Program-made: the position numbers and the translations under genes
DNA from: Elusimicrobiota bacterium
GTDB taxonomy: Bacteria > Elusimicrobiota > Elusimicrobia > UBA1565 > UBA9628
Assembly (NCBI GenBank): GCA_016212855.1
Contig: JACRDP010000011.1
Location: 12,120-76,119 of the forward strand
Length of the DNA: 64,000 bases
Reading direction: 5' to 3'
Shown: positions 50,239-58,392 of the stretch, one piece after another
Numbering within the stretch: the first letter of the stretch is position 1
Layout: every line of letters begins with the position of its first letter
The notes under the pieces: model-generated
Database searches by the model: none
What the model saw: the letters and a program-made list of their open reading frames with translations, nothing else
What the model was told of the DNA's origin: nothing

Positions 50239-52019
50239 TGCCCACGATCACAAAACTGCCGGAAGAAGTTTTCTCGCGCATCGCGGCCGGCGAAGTGGTG
50301 GAACGGCCCGCGTCTTTGCTGAAAGAATTAATCGAGAACGCGCTGGACGCCGGAGCGCGCAAAATAGACATCGAAGTCACCGGCGCGGGCAAAACGACGT
50401 TGCGGATCTCGGATGACGGATCCGGCATGGACGCCGACGACGTGCGTTTATGCCTCGAACGCCATGCGACGAGCAAAATTTCCGCGTTTGAAGACCTGGA
50501 TTCCCTGCACACTTTCGGCTTCAGGGGCGAGGCTCTCTATGCCATCGCGGCCGTCGCCAAGATCACGATCACGAGCTGCCAGGCCGACAGCAAGACCGGC
50601 TGGCGCGTCACGAGCGAAAAGGGCAAGGTCAGCGACGGGCCCGCGCCCGCCGTGCCCGGCACGACGGTGTTCGTCAAAGATCTGTTCTACAACACCCCCG
50701 CACGCCTCGAGTTCCTCAAGTCCGACGGCTCCGAGCGTTCGCGCCTGACCGCGGTCATCGAAGAGGCCGCCTTGGCCAATCCCGGCGTGCGCTTCACGTA
50801 CAAGGCCGAGGGCCGCCAGGTTCTGCGCCTGGAGCCCGAGGACTCCGGCGACTTCTTTCAGGATTTCGACTTTCGGGCGGCCGCCGTGCTCGGCGACGAC
50901 CTCGCCAACGGACTTCTTCCGATCGACGTCGAGCGCCCGGGCGTGCGCGTGCGCATGCTGGTCTCGCCGTACGACAAGATGCCGTCTTCGCGCAGCTTCC
51001 AGTACTTCTTCGTCAACAAACGTCCGATCACGTCCAAGATCCTGCAGACCGCGCTGTACAAGGCCTACGGCGAGCACCGCCCCGCGGGCAAACAGCCCGT
51101 GTGCGTCGCCCTGCTCGAGCTCAATCCCGATTCCTTCGACGCGAACGTGCATCCCGGCAAGCGCGAGATCCGTTTTAAAAAGGACGGCGAGATTTTCGAG
51201 ATCGTCTCCGGCCTCGTCGCCTCCGCGCTCGCCAAGGCGAAGGCCGCCGCTCCCATCACTCTCGCGCCCGAGCCCGTCTCGGTCGTGGCCGACGCGCCGG
51301 CGCCCGCCGCCGCGCCCGAACCTCATTATCTGGGAGGCCGCGGCTTCATCCCCGACGAGTTCAAGCAGCTCAAGCTCGGCTCCGCCGTCGCCTTGGCCGC
51401 GCCCGAGGGCGCGCCCGCCTGGTACACGCCGCCGTTCCGTTACGTCGGCCAGATCGAACGCAGCTACATGCTCTTCGAAGCGAACGGCGGCCTGTTCGTG
51501 CTCGATCAGCACGCCGCCGCGGAACGGGTTTTGTTTGAAAAATTCATGGGCGAGATCGAGGACGGCGGGGCCAAGTCCCAGAAGCTCATGATCCCCGTTC
51601 CCGTCGATCTTCCCGCCTCGGCGGTGCGGGCGGTGCTCGACAAGGCCGACCGCCTGCACAAGATCGGCTTCGAGGTGGCGGCCTTCGGCAAGAACGGCCT
51701 GCACGTCACGGCGGTGCCTTCCCTTTTCTATAAATCCGACGAGGTCAAGAAGCTCGTCCACCGCATCGTCGACAGCCTGTCGGATCCCGTCGCGAAGGCC
51801 GAGCAATTGCGCCACGACGCGATCGCCACGATCGCCTGCAAGGCCGCGGTGAAATCCCACGACCGCCTGGGCGAGGAAGAGGCGTACAAGCTTCTCGACG
51901 CCCTCAAGGACTGCAAGGACGGCTCGGCCTGCCCGCACGGCCGGCGCGCCATGCTGGCCCTCAACCGCGACGAACTCGCCCGGCGCTTTCAGCGGCCCGG
52001 CGCCGTTCCGCTCGATTGA
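50238..52019 (+). CDS. mutL: DNA mismatch repair protein MutL
   Basis: IAAGEVVERPASLLKELIENALDAG, DDGSGM, FGFRGEAL. The start overlaps the mutS stop (TAATG). Confidence 0.95.
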   Translation: MPTITKLPEEVFSRIAAGEVVERPASLLKELIENALDAGARKIDIEVTGAGKTTLRISDDGSGMDADDVRLCLERHATSKISAFEDLDSLHTFGFRGEALYAIAAVAKITITSCQADSKTGWRVTSEKGKVSDGPAPAVPGTTVFVKDLFYNTPARLEFLKSDGSERSRLTAVIEEAALANPGVRFTYKAEGRQVLRLEPEDSGDFFQDFDFRAAAVLGDDLANGLLPIDVERPGVRVRMLVSPYDKMPSSRSFQYFFVNKRPITSKILQTALYKAYGEHRPAGKQPVCVALLELNPDSFDANVHPGKREIRFKKDGEIFEIVSGLVASALAKAKAAAPITLAPEPVSVVADAPAPAAAPEPHYLGGRGFIPDEFKQLKLGSAVALAAPEGAPAWYTPPFRYVGQIERSYMLFEANGGLFVLDQHAAAERVLFEKFMGEIEDGGAKSQKLMIPVPVDLPASAVRAVLDKADRLHKIGFEVAAFGKNGLHVTAVPSLFYKSDEVKKLVHRIVDSLSDPVAKAEQLRHDAIATIACKAAVKSHDRLGEEEAYKLLDALKDCKDGSACPHGRRAMLALNRDELARRFQRPGAVPLD

Positions 52020-52426
52020 CCGCTAAGCACGCGCATCCTCCCGCGCACGCGCATGCGCATGCGCATACGCGCGGCCATGGCCGGCGCCTCTTCGAGGGCT
52101 TCTTCGCCTTCGGCGTCTGCGTCGTCCTGTACGCGCTCGTCATGGTGGGCTCGGTGTGGGCCCCGCTGTTTCTGGGCGGCGCCAAGATCAAGCCGCTCGT
52201 CGCCTTCGTGCTCATGCCCATGGATCTGATGATGCTGGGTTGGAACCAGCCCTGGTACATCCTCCTTTTTCATCTCGGCACGACCGGCGCGGCCTTCGCC
52301 CTGTCGAAAGCCGGGACCGAGAAACAGTTCAAGCTGATGCTCATCGCCTTCGCGACCTGCGCCTTGGTCAGCGCCGTCAACGACGCGATCAAGGCCTATC
52401 GCGTCCTGCGGCACCCGCCGAAATGA
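52016..52426 (+). CDS. Small membrane protein with a His-rich N-terminus
   Basis: The TTG start overlaps the mutL stop. The N-terminus is MTAKHAHPPAHAHAHAHTRGHG, followed by about 4 hydrophobic segments. ATGA overlap with the next gene. Start and reality are uncertain. Confidence 0.4.
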   Translation: MTAKHAHPPAHAHAHAHTRGHGRRLFEGFFAFGVCVVLYALVMVGSVWAPLFLGGAKIKPLVAFVLMPMDLMMLGWNQPWYILLFHLGTTGAAFALSKAGTEKQFKLMLIAFATCALVSAVNDAIKAYRVLRHPPK

Positions 52427-53067
52427 TGCCCGCGCTGGCGGACATCTACGGCCGCGGATTCTTCGCGGAGTGGGGCAAAGATCATGCTCGCTACGTTCGA
52501 TCGGCCGAGATCATCGTTGATATTCTCCATGACGCCTTTCAACCGAAGCGTCTCGTCGATCTCGGCGCCGGCTGCGGCGTTTACACTCATCTCTTCAAAC
52601 AAAAGGGCTCGGACGTCGTCGCCGTCGACGGAGTGATTCCCCCGCCCGAGTTCTCCTATCCGTTCGACGTGCAAGTGCGAGATCTCACCATTCCGTTCAA
52701 AAATCCGTGGGGACCTTTCGATTTAGCGCTCTGCCTCGAGGTCGCCGAACATATCCCGGAGGAGTTCTCCGGCGTTTTCCTCGATAATATTCTTCAATTC
52801 AGCGACCGCCTGATCCTCTCCGCCGCCCAGCCCAATCAGGAAGGGCACCATCACGTGAACATGCGGCCCAAGCGCTACTGGGTGGCCCAACTCGCCGCCA
52901 AGGGCTTCGCTTACAACCGCCCGGCCACCGGCAAGCTGCTGACGGCCCTCACCGCGGCACGGCCGCCCTATATGTGGATGATCGAACAGATCAGCGTCTA
53001 CGAGAAGAGCCGGGCCGGACGTAAGGACAAGCTTCCGTTTTCAGTATCTTCTTCGGGTACTCCATGA
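52423..53067 (+). CDS. Class I SAM-dependent methyltransferase
   Basis: Motif I VDLGAGCGVY, then DVVAVDG and LCLEVAEHI. Confidence 0.8.
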   Translation: MMPALADIYGRGFFAEWGKDHARYVRSAEIIVDILHDAFQPKRLVDLGAGCGVYTHLFKQKGSDVVAVDGVIPPPEFSYPFDVQVRDLTIPFKNPWGPFDLALCLEVAEHIPEEFSGVFLDNILQFSDRLILSAAQPNQEGHHHVNMRPKRYWVAQLAAKGFAYNRPATGKLLTALTAARPPYMWMIEQISVYEKSRAGRKDKLPFSVSSSGTP

Positions 53068-53801
53068 ACAAATCAGGGATTTGGGGGGTCATCGGCCTGC
53101 TCATCGCCGGCGCGGCGGTGGGCGTCTTCGGCGCGCGCTACTTCCTCGGGGCCGAGCCCGCGCCGGGGCTGTCCTCGCCCGTGACCGCGGCCCCCGCCCC
53201 CTCGAACCTGCCCCCGCTCGAAAACAGCGACGCGCTCGCGCGCGAAAAGGCGGCCGGCCTGTCCTCCGACCTGTCCTTTCGCGAGTGGCTCCAGCTCGAC
53301 TCCGTCATCGAGCGGCTGACCGCGGCGATCAATCGCACGGCCCACGGCCAGGTTCCCCGGGATATTTTGGCGCCGTTTTCGCCGCAAGAGAAATTCAAGG
53401 TCAAGACGGCAAACGGCAGAGTCGTCATCGATCCCGCGGGCTACGCGCGCTACGACAAGGTCGCGGCCTTCGCCGTGTCGGTCAACGCGCTCGACGCGGC
53501 GAACGCGTTCACGTACCTGCTGCCCCTGTTCGACGCGGCTCAGCGCGGCCTCGGGGAACCCAACACGAGCGCCAAAGAAGCTCTCTTCACCGCCGTGCGC
53601 GAGTTGCTCGCCGCGCCGGTGCTCGAGGGCGAGATCGCGCTGAAGGCGGGCAAGAAGGGGATCGGCTGGGCTTACGCCGACGATAAGCTGGAAGCCCTGA
53701 GCCCCGCGCAGAAGCAGTTGATCCGGCTCGGGCCGAAGAATCAGGCCCTGATCCAGCTCAAACTGCGCGCGATCGCGCAGGCCCTCGGCGCGAATCTCTA
53801 G
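53064..53801 (+). CDS. DUF3014-like membrane-anchored protein
   Basis: N-terminal TM, then LPPLENSDALAREK..., AGYARYD and LEALSPAQKQLIRLGPKN, which resemble the DUF3014 family pattern as I recall it. Confidence 0.5.
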   Translation: MNKSGIWGVIGLLIAGAAVGVFGARYFLGAEPAPGLSSPVTAAPAPSNLPPLENSDALAREKAAGLSSDLSFREWLQLDSVIERLTAAINRTAHGQVPRDILAPFSPQEKFKVKTANGRVVIDPAGYARYDKVAAFAVSVNALDAANAFTYLLPLFDAAQRGLGEPNTSAKEALFTAVRELLAAPVLEGEIALKAGKKGIGWAYADDKLEALSPAQKQLIRLGPKNQALIQLKLRAIAQALGANL

Positions 53802-53816
53802 CCCGCGATTGGTACC

Positions 53817-54803
53817 ATGTGGCACGGCATGGCCCATTTCGACCCGTATCAGCCTTATCGCAGCCGGCTCTTGACGATGGAGGAGATCAAGCGGCTGAGC
53901 GTCCTGCGCCCCGGCCGGCTCGTGCTCGACACGGCGCTGTGCTGGCTCGCGATCCTGGCGGCCTGGACCGTCGTCGCCCTTCGGCCCGCGTGGTGGACGG
54001 CGCTCGCCGCCGTCCCGGTGATCGGGTCGCGCTACTACGCGCTGTTCATTCTCGGCCACGACGGGATGCACCGGCGTCTGCTGGACCGCATCCCGGACAA
54101 CGATCTCTACTGCGATCTTCTTCTCCTCGGGCCCATCGGCGCGATCACCCGGCTCAACAACAAGAATCATCTCTATCATCACATCTATCTCGCCGACGAC
54201 CGCGACCCCGACCGCCACAAGCATTGCTGCGCGAACAAGGCCGATGCCTTCGCCTTCGCGGGATTCCTGACGGGCCTGACCAGCGTCGGGCGTTCCGCGG
54301 CGAACGTGTTCCTGCGTTCGCAGGCCGCGGCGAAGACGGACGGGTACGGCCTGAGAGACTTCCTGATCCTCGCGGCCTGGCAAGGCGCGCTGATCGCCGG
54401 GCTGAGCGCGGCCATCGGCTGGTGGGCCTACCCGGTCCTGTGGCTCGCGCCGGTGTACGTGTTCATGTTCCTCGCCGACAACGTGCGCTCGTTCGCCGAG
54501 CACTCCCAGCCCGAGGCCGATTCGCGGGCGGACCGCCACCGCCTGATCACCTATCGCAGCAACGCGCTCGAGCGGCTGTTCCTGGCGCCGCTGAATATGA
54601 ACCTGCACGTGGCGCATCACCTGTTTCCGAGCGTCCCTTACTACAACCTGCCGCCGGCCGACGCGCTGATGCGCGAGCGCGGCCCCCTGGAAGGCCTCGA
54701 GTGGCGCGAGTCCTACCTGGGCTATCTCTGGCGCTATTTCCGCAGCCTGCCGCTTCCGGAGTGCCGCCGGGAGCTGGCCCGCATGGGCCTCTCGCGCCCA
54801 TGA
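53817..54803 (+). CDS. Membrane fatty-acid desaturase family protein
   Basis: Three His boxes are present: HDGMH, HLYHH and VAHHLFPSVPYYNL. Confidence 0.85.
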   Translation: MWHGMAHFDPYQPYRSRLLTMEEIKRLSVLRPGRLVLDTALCWLAILAAWTVVALRPAWWTALAAVPVIGSRYYALFILGHDGMHRRLLDRIPDNDLYCDLLLLGPIGAITRLNNKNHLYHHIYLADDRDPDRHKHCCANKADAFAFAGFLTGLTSVGRSAANVFLRSQAAAKTDGYGLRDFLILAAWQGALIAGLSAAIGWWAYPVLWLAPVYVFMFLADNVRSFAEHSQPEADSRADRHRLITYRSNALERLFLAPLNMNLHVAHHLFPSVPYYNLPPADALMRERGPLEGLEWRESYLGYLWRYFRSLPLPECRRELARMGLSRP

Positions 54804-55810
54804 GCGCGAATGATTGGCGGCAGACGCCGCCGCCGGCGGAGTTCCTGGAAGCCGGAGCGCCGCTGATCGACTGCGAAGACGTGCCCGAGTGCGCGGTCTG
54901 CGGCGGGCGAGAGCACGGTCCGCGCGCGGTCGGCTTCGACTATGAACTGCTCACCTGCCGCAATCCGTGGCGGTTCGTGCGGTGCGCCGGCTGCGGCCAC
55001 GTCCGGCTCAATCCCCGCCCCGCGCCCGGAACTTTGCCGGCCATCTACCCCGCGAGCTATTACTCCTACTCGTACGAGACGGCCATCAATCCGCTCGCCG
55101 TCAAGGGAAAAGCGTGGCTCGACCGGTCGAAATTCAAGCGCGTCTTAGCCGCGGCCGGGACGCCGCGCTCCTATCTCGACATCGGCTGCGGCAACGGACG
55201 CTTTCTCCGGCTCCTGGAGACCTACGGTTTGGCGCGCGAGAAAATCTACGGCCTGGAGCTGGACGCCGCGGTGGCGGAGCGGCTCGCGCGGGAGGGCTAC
55301 CGGGTTTTCGCGCAGCGCGTCGAGACGACCGAAGCGATCCCGCCGGGCTCGATCGATCTGGCGACCATGTTTCACGTCATCGAGCACGTCGCCGATCCGG
55401 GCGAGACTTTGCGCAAGATCTCCTCCTGGCTGCGTCCGGGCGGCGTGCTCGCGCTGGAGACGCCCAATCTCGACAGCCTCGACGCCCGGTGGTTCGCGGA
55501 CGGCTACTGGGGCGGCTACCATATTCCGCGCCATTGGCATCTGTTCACGCCCGCGACGCTCACGCGGCTGTTGAAGCAGTGCGGGTTCGAGGTCCTCGAG
55601 ACGCGCTTCACGACGGGGCACTCGTTCTGGATGTATTCGGTGCATCACTGGCTTCGCTACCGCCTGGGACTGCGCCGGGTCGCGCGTCTATTCGATCCTT
55701 TCATCGGCTTGCCGTTCCTGATCGCCTTCACGGGCCTCGATAAGCTGCGGGCGGCGCTGGGATTTAAGACCTCGGCGATGCTCGTGCTGGCTCGCAAGCC
55801 GGCCCGTTGA
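54800..55810 (+). CDS. SAM-dependent methyltransferase with an N-terminal 4-Cys zinc ribbon
   Basis: CAVCGG...RCAGCGH, then motif I LDIGCGNGRFL and a Methyltransf-type core. ATGA overlap with the desaturase gene. Confidence 0.85.
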   Translation: MSANDWRQTPPPAEFLEAGAPLIDCEDVPECAVCGGREHGPRAVGFDYELLTCRNPWRFVRCAGCGHVRLNPRPAPGTLPAIYPASYYSYSYETAINPLAVKGKAWLDRSKFKRVLAAAGTPRSYLDIGCGNGRFLRLLETYGLAREKIYGLELDAAVAERLAREGYRVFAQRVETTEAIPPGSIDLATMFHVIEHVADPGETLRKISSWLRPGGVLALETPNLDSLDARWFADGYWGGYHIPRHWHLFTPATLTRLLKQCGFEVLETRFTTGHSFWMYSVHHWLRYRLGLRRVARLFDPFIGLPFLIAFTGLDKLRAALGFKTSAMLVLARKPAR

Positions 55811-55835
55811 CTCCGAGACGTTCCGGGGCTATAGT
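55807..55835 (+). promoter_or_regulatory. Promoter TTGACT-17-TATAGT upstream of the response regulator
   Basis: TTGACT at 55807-55812 and TATAGT at 55830-55835. The ATG at 55845 follows 9 nt later. Confidence 0.5.
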
Positions 55836-55844
55836 GTCACCGCG

Positions 55845-56213
55845 ATGTCCCTGATCCTGCTCGCCGACGACGACCCCGCCTACCTGACGATGATGACGGA
55901 CTGCCTCAAGCTCGAGGGCTACGAGGTGGAGACTGCCCGCGACGCCGGCCAGATCGGAGCGCGCCTGAGCCAGCAGCCCTTCAACGCGGCGATCCTCGAC
56001 ATGCAGATGCCGATGGGCGGCGGCGTCGCGGCCGCCAAGCGCATCCGAGCTCACTACGCCCACATCACCATCCCCATCATCGTCTGCTCGGGCATGCCGG
56101 TCGACAAGACGAAGGAGTGGTTTCAGGGAATGCCCAAGCTCACCGTGTACCAGAAACCGCCCGACATCCGGACGTTGATGACGGAGCTCAAGCGGCTGCT
56201 GAGCGAAGCCTAG
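55845..56213 (+). CDS. Single-domain response regulator (CheY-like receiver)
   Basis: LLADDDP..., the phospho-acceptor context AAILDMQMP, and a conserved Lys region (YQKPPD). Confidence 0.88.
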   Translation: MSLILLADDDPAYLTMMTDCLKLEGYEVETARDAGQIGARLSQQPFNAAILDMQMPMGGGVAAAKRIRAHYAHITIPIIVCSGMPVDKTKEWFQGMPKLTVYQKPPDIRTLMTELKRLLSEA

Positions 56214-56228
56214 GTCCGGCCGCAGCGT

Positions 56229-56684
56229 CTAGGGCTTCTTGATGACGGCGCCTTCGGGGATGACGAAGACGTTCTTGACGATGGTCGAGTCGCCGCCGTT
56301 GGGGACGGCGACCTTGTCGATGCCCACGCCCTTGTAGAACACCTTGTGGTGCGCCCAGGTGCCCAGGCGGGCCCACCGCGCGCCGCGGTAAAGGGTCAAG
56401 GTCGTCGCGCCGTTGTCGCCGCCGTGATTGGTGAACGCGGTGACGATGAAGTTCCCGTCGGCGCTGACGTAAGAGCGGCTTTCCTCGCCCTCGTCGCCCA
56501 TCGAGCAGCCCTTATAGACGAGGGTCGCGGTGCGCGGCGAGCTGTCGGGAATCGTGTAGTCCGTCAGCCAAAGCGCGAAGGAGATTTTTTCCCACGCGGA
56601 GGTCATCTCGTTGGTCTTGCACTCGAGGACCTGCGCGGAGGCGGGAGCGGCGAGAACGGCGGCGAGGAGGGCGGTCATGATCAT
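56229..56684 (-). CDS. Secreted hypothetical protein (151 aa)
   Basis: Signal peptide MIMTALLAAVLAAPASA. TATAAT lies 6 nt upstream of the ATG. No family recognised. Confidence 0.5.
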   Translation of the reverse strand: MIMTALLAAVLAAPASAQVLECKTNEMTSAWEKISFALWLTDYTIPDSSPRTATLVYKGCSMGDEGEESRSYVSADGNFIVTAFTNHGGDNGATTLTLYRGARWARLGTWAHHKVFYKGVGIDKVAVPNGGDSTIVKNVFVIPEGAVIKKP

Positions 56685-56750
56685 GCTTATATTATACCGC
56701 GTTTCCGACGAGCCGCCTGAGTCAAAAGACCCTAACCGGCCAGGTGACTA

Positions 56751-57248
56751 TTAGTCCTTGATGGCGGACTTTTTCTCGAGCCAGACGCCCAGAATGGAGT
56801 GAACCCGCTTGGCGATGCCCAGCTCGTTGTCGTACTCCTCCAGGAATTGGAGGAAAGCCTTGTTCTCCTCGGCGTTATGCGAGCCCTTGGTGTAGGCCCG
56901 GTAGTAGGATTGGCCGTCCTCGAAGTACTGGACGCGCACCGCGAGGTCCCGGGCCACTTCGCCGGCGGTGTCGAGGGTGCCTTTCGGGCGGACGGGGATC
57001 TTGGGGGGCAGCAGGAGGGTCTGTTTGACCTCGGCGACGGGCGCGGGGGCCGTCACGGGGACCGTCGACGCGACGGGCGCCGGGGCGGGCGCCGGCGCGG
57101 GCCTGGCGGGCTCGGGCGCCGGTTCGGTCTTGGTCTCGGTCTTGGGCTTGTCGGACGGCGCGTACGCGGAGCCGTAGCCGGGCAGGCCGGGGAGTTCCGC
57201 CGCGGAGGCGAACGGCGCGATCACGAGGAGAATCAAGAGGGTTTTCAT
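56751..57248 (-). CDS. Secreted hypothetical protein with a Pro/Ala-rich linker
   Basis: MKTLLILLVIAPFASA signal peptide, then a PAPAPAPAP linker. TAGGAT lies 7 nt upstream of the ATG at 57248, which is preferred over the ORF-track start at 57278. Confidence 0.5.
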   Translation of the reverse strand: MKTLLILLVIAPFASAAELPGLPGYGSAYAPSDKPKTETKTEPAPEPARPAPAPAPAPVASTVPVTAPAPVAEVKQTLLLPPKIPVRPKGTLDTAGEVARDLAVRVQYFEDGQSYYRAYTKGSHNAEENKAFLQFLEEYDNELGIAKRVHSILGVWLEKKSAIKD

Positions 57249-57333
57249 GACGCTCATCCTAGCAAACACGGCCATCACTTGACGAAAACCGAAGAAGTGT
57301 TTTCAACCGAAAATTTTTTACCGTGGCTGGGTC

Positions 57334-57361
57334 TTGACGCTGGAGTTTTCGGGGCTATACT
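57334..57361 (+). promoter_or_regulatory. Near-consensus promoter TTGACG-16-TATACT with no ORF downstream
   Basis: TTGACG at 57334-57339 and TATACT at 57356-57361. It has the same cggggcTATA context as the promoters at 45109 and 55830. Confidence 0.55.
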
Positions 57362-57367
57362 CATCGC

Positions 57368-57612
57368 AACACCCGCTCCGAAACCGGTGTACCGTCGGAA
57401 GCTCGGAGCAGCGAACCGGACGCCGAGTTGAGGCCGAGGCCGTAACCGGCGATGAAGTGAGTGGCAGCATGGTGCGAGTCGCAGTTGGGCGGTCGTCGCG
57501 GTCGTTCCCGTCGAGACGCGAGGGTCGCCCGGCGTTACGGGTTCGGGGCGGGTCTGTTGAGGCGCCGAGGCGGTCCCCTAGTGGACGCCTGTCTCGGCGC
57601 CTCCTCTATTTA
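57368..57612 (+). ncRNA. Candidate structured small RNA of unknown class (approx 245 nt)
   Basis: Bounded by the promoter above and by a GC-rich hairpin (GAGGCGCCGAG at 57559-57569 pairs with CTCGGCGCCTC at 57593-57603) followed by CTCTATTT. Positions 57368-57385 pair with 57539-57558 in a long closing helix of about 17 pairs. The only ORF here is an Arg-rich 94-aa artefact. Confidence 0.4.
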
Positions 57613-58347
57613 GGGTAAATTCCAGAGGTGGTGCCACTGCGGGCGGACATGCACCTCTTTAACGACGCGCCGCGCGGCTTGCTCAAAGCGCAGGCAGCGC
57701 CCCGCGGGGATCGGCTTCACGCCGCCGATCGGGGTCGCGGGCTGGAGGTACAGCGGCACCGGAAACGGCGCTCCGCGCACGAGTTCGAGGACCTTCTCCC
57801 ACTCCGCCCCGGTGGTCTTGTCGCTGAGCACGACCTTGATGAAGGTGTTTTTGGGCGCGACGCGCAGGAAATCGCGGTGCGCGCTCCAGGTGTCCCGACC
57901 GGTCGAGGACGGCAGCTTCACGTCCATCGCGACGGCGTCGCACAGCGGCGCCAGGGCCGACATGGCCGCGGGCAAGGTGCCGTTGGTCTCGAGATGGTTC
58001 TCGAGGCCCTTCTTATGCGCCCAGCGCATCAGCGGCATCAGAAATTGCGGGTGGAGCAAAGGCTCGCCCCCCGTCCAGGAGATCGACTTGTGAGCGCGCG
58101 TGCGGGCCAGGGCCTCGATCTCGCTTTTCACGTGCTCGGCGGAGCGCACGTGGCCCGACGGAATCGGGATGGTCTCCGGCTCGTCGCAATAATCGCAGTG
58201 AAGATTGCAGCCGCCCAGGCGCACGAAGATCTGGCGCTCGCCGAGGCGCGGGCCTTCGCCCTGGAGGGAGGAGAATATCTCGACGACGCGGCCGCGGTCT
58301 CCGTCTGACAATTTCAACACGATGCCCCCGCGGCGCGCGCCTTCCAT
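57610..58347 (-). CDS. queE: 7-carboxy-7-deazaguanine synthase (radical SAM)
   Basis: EIFSSLQGEGPRLGERQIFVRLGGCNLHCDYCDE matches the QueE N-terminal cluster motif. Confidence 0.92.
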   Translation of the reverse strand: MEGARRGGIVLKLSDGDRGRVVEIFSSLQGEGPRLGERQIFVRLGGCNLHCDYCDEPETIPIPSGHVRSAEHVKSEIEALARTRAHKSISWTGGEPLLHPQFLMPLMRWAHKKGLENHLETNGTLPAAMSALAPLCDAVAMDVKLPSSTGRDTWSAHRDFLRVAPKNTFIKVVLSDKTTGAEWEKVLELVRGAPFPVPLYLQPATPIGGVKPIPAGRCLRFEQAARRVVKEVHVRPQWHHLWNLP

Positions 58348-58352
58348 TCGAC

Positions 58353-58392
58353 GTTATTCACAAAAGTTCAGCGCTGAACTTTTGTGAATAAC
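58353..58392. repeat. Perfect 40-nt palindrome spanning the queC stop codon, 5 nt from the queE ATG
   Basis: GTTATTCACAAAAGTTCAGC|GCTGAACTTTTGTGAATAAC. It encodes the last 10 codons (YSQKFSAELL) and the stop of queC. The same peptide appears in the opposite-strand ORF. Confidence 0.9.

Noticed and set aside
52043-52066. Possible CRISPR or other spaced-repeat array
   Set aside because: These are only four contiguous 6-nt units with no spacers. No other direct-repeat array and no cas genes were seen anywhere in the window.
48700-54620. Long antisense ORFs opposite mutS (48700-49989), mutL (50448-51938) and the desaturase cluster (53073-54620)
   Set aside because: All lie opposite genes with strong family signatures and have low-complexity Arg/Gly/Asp/Glu composition. 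They are artefacts of GC-rich codon usage.
57334-57618. 94-aa ORF in the queE-downstream gap, and the idea that GGGGCT at 57351 marks a tmRNA
   Set aside because: The ORF starts at the TTG of the -35 box and is Arg/Ser/Gly-rich. The region is too short for tmRNA and lacks a tRNA-like 3' end (no T-arm, no GGTTCGA-type motif and no CCA context). It is kept only as an unclassified sRNA candidate.
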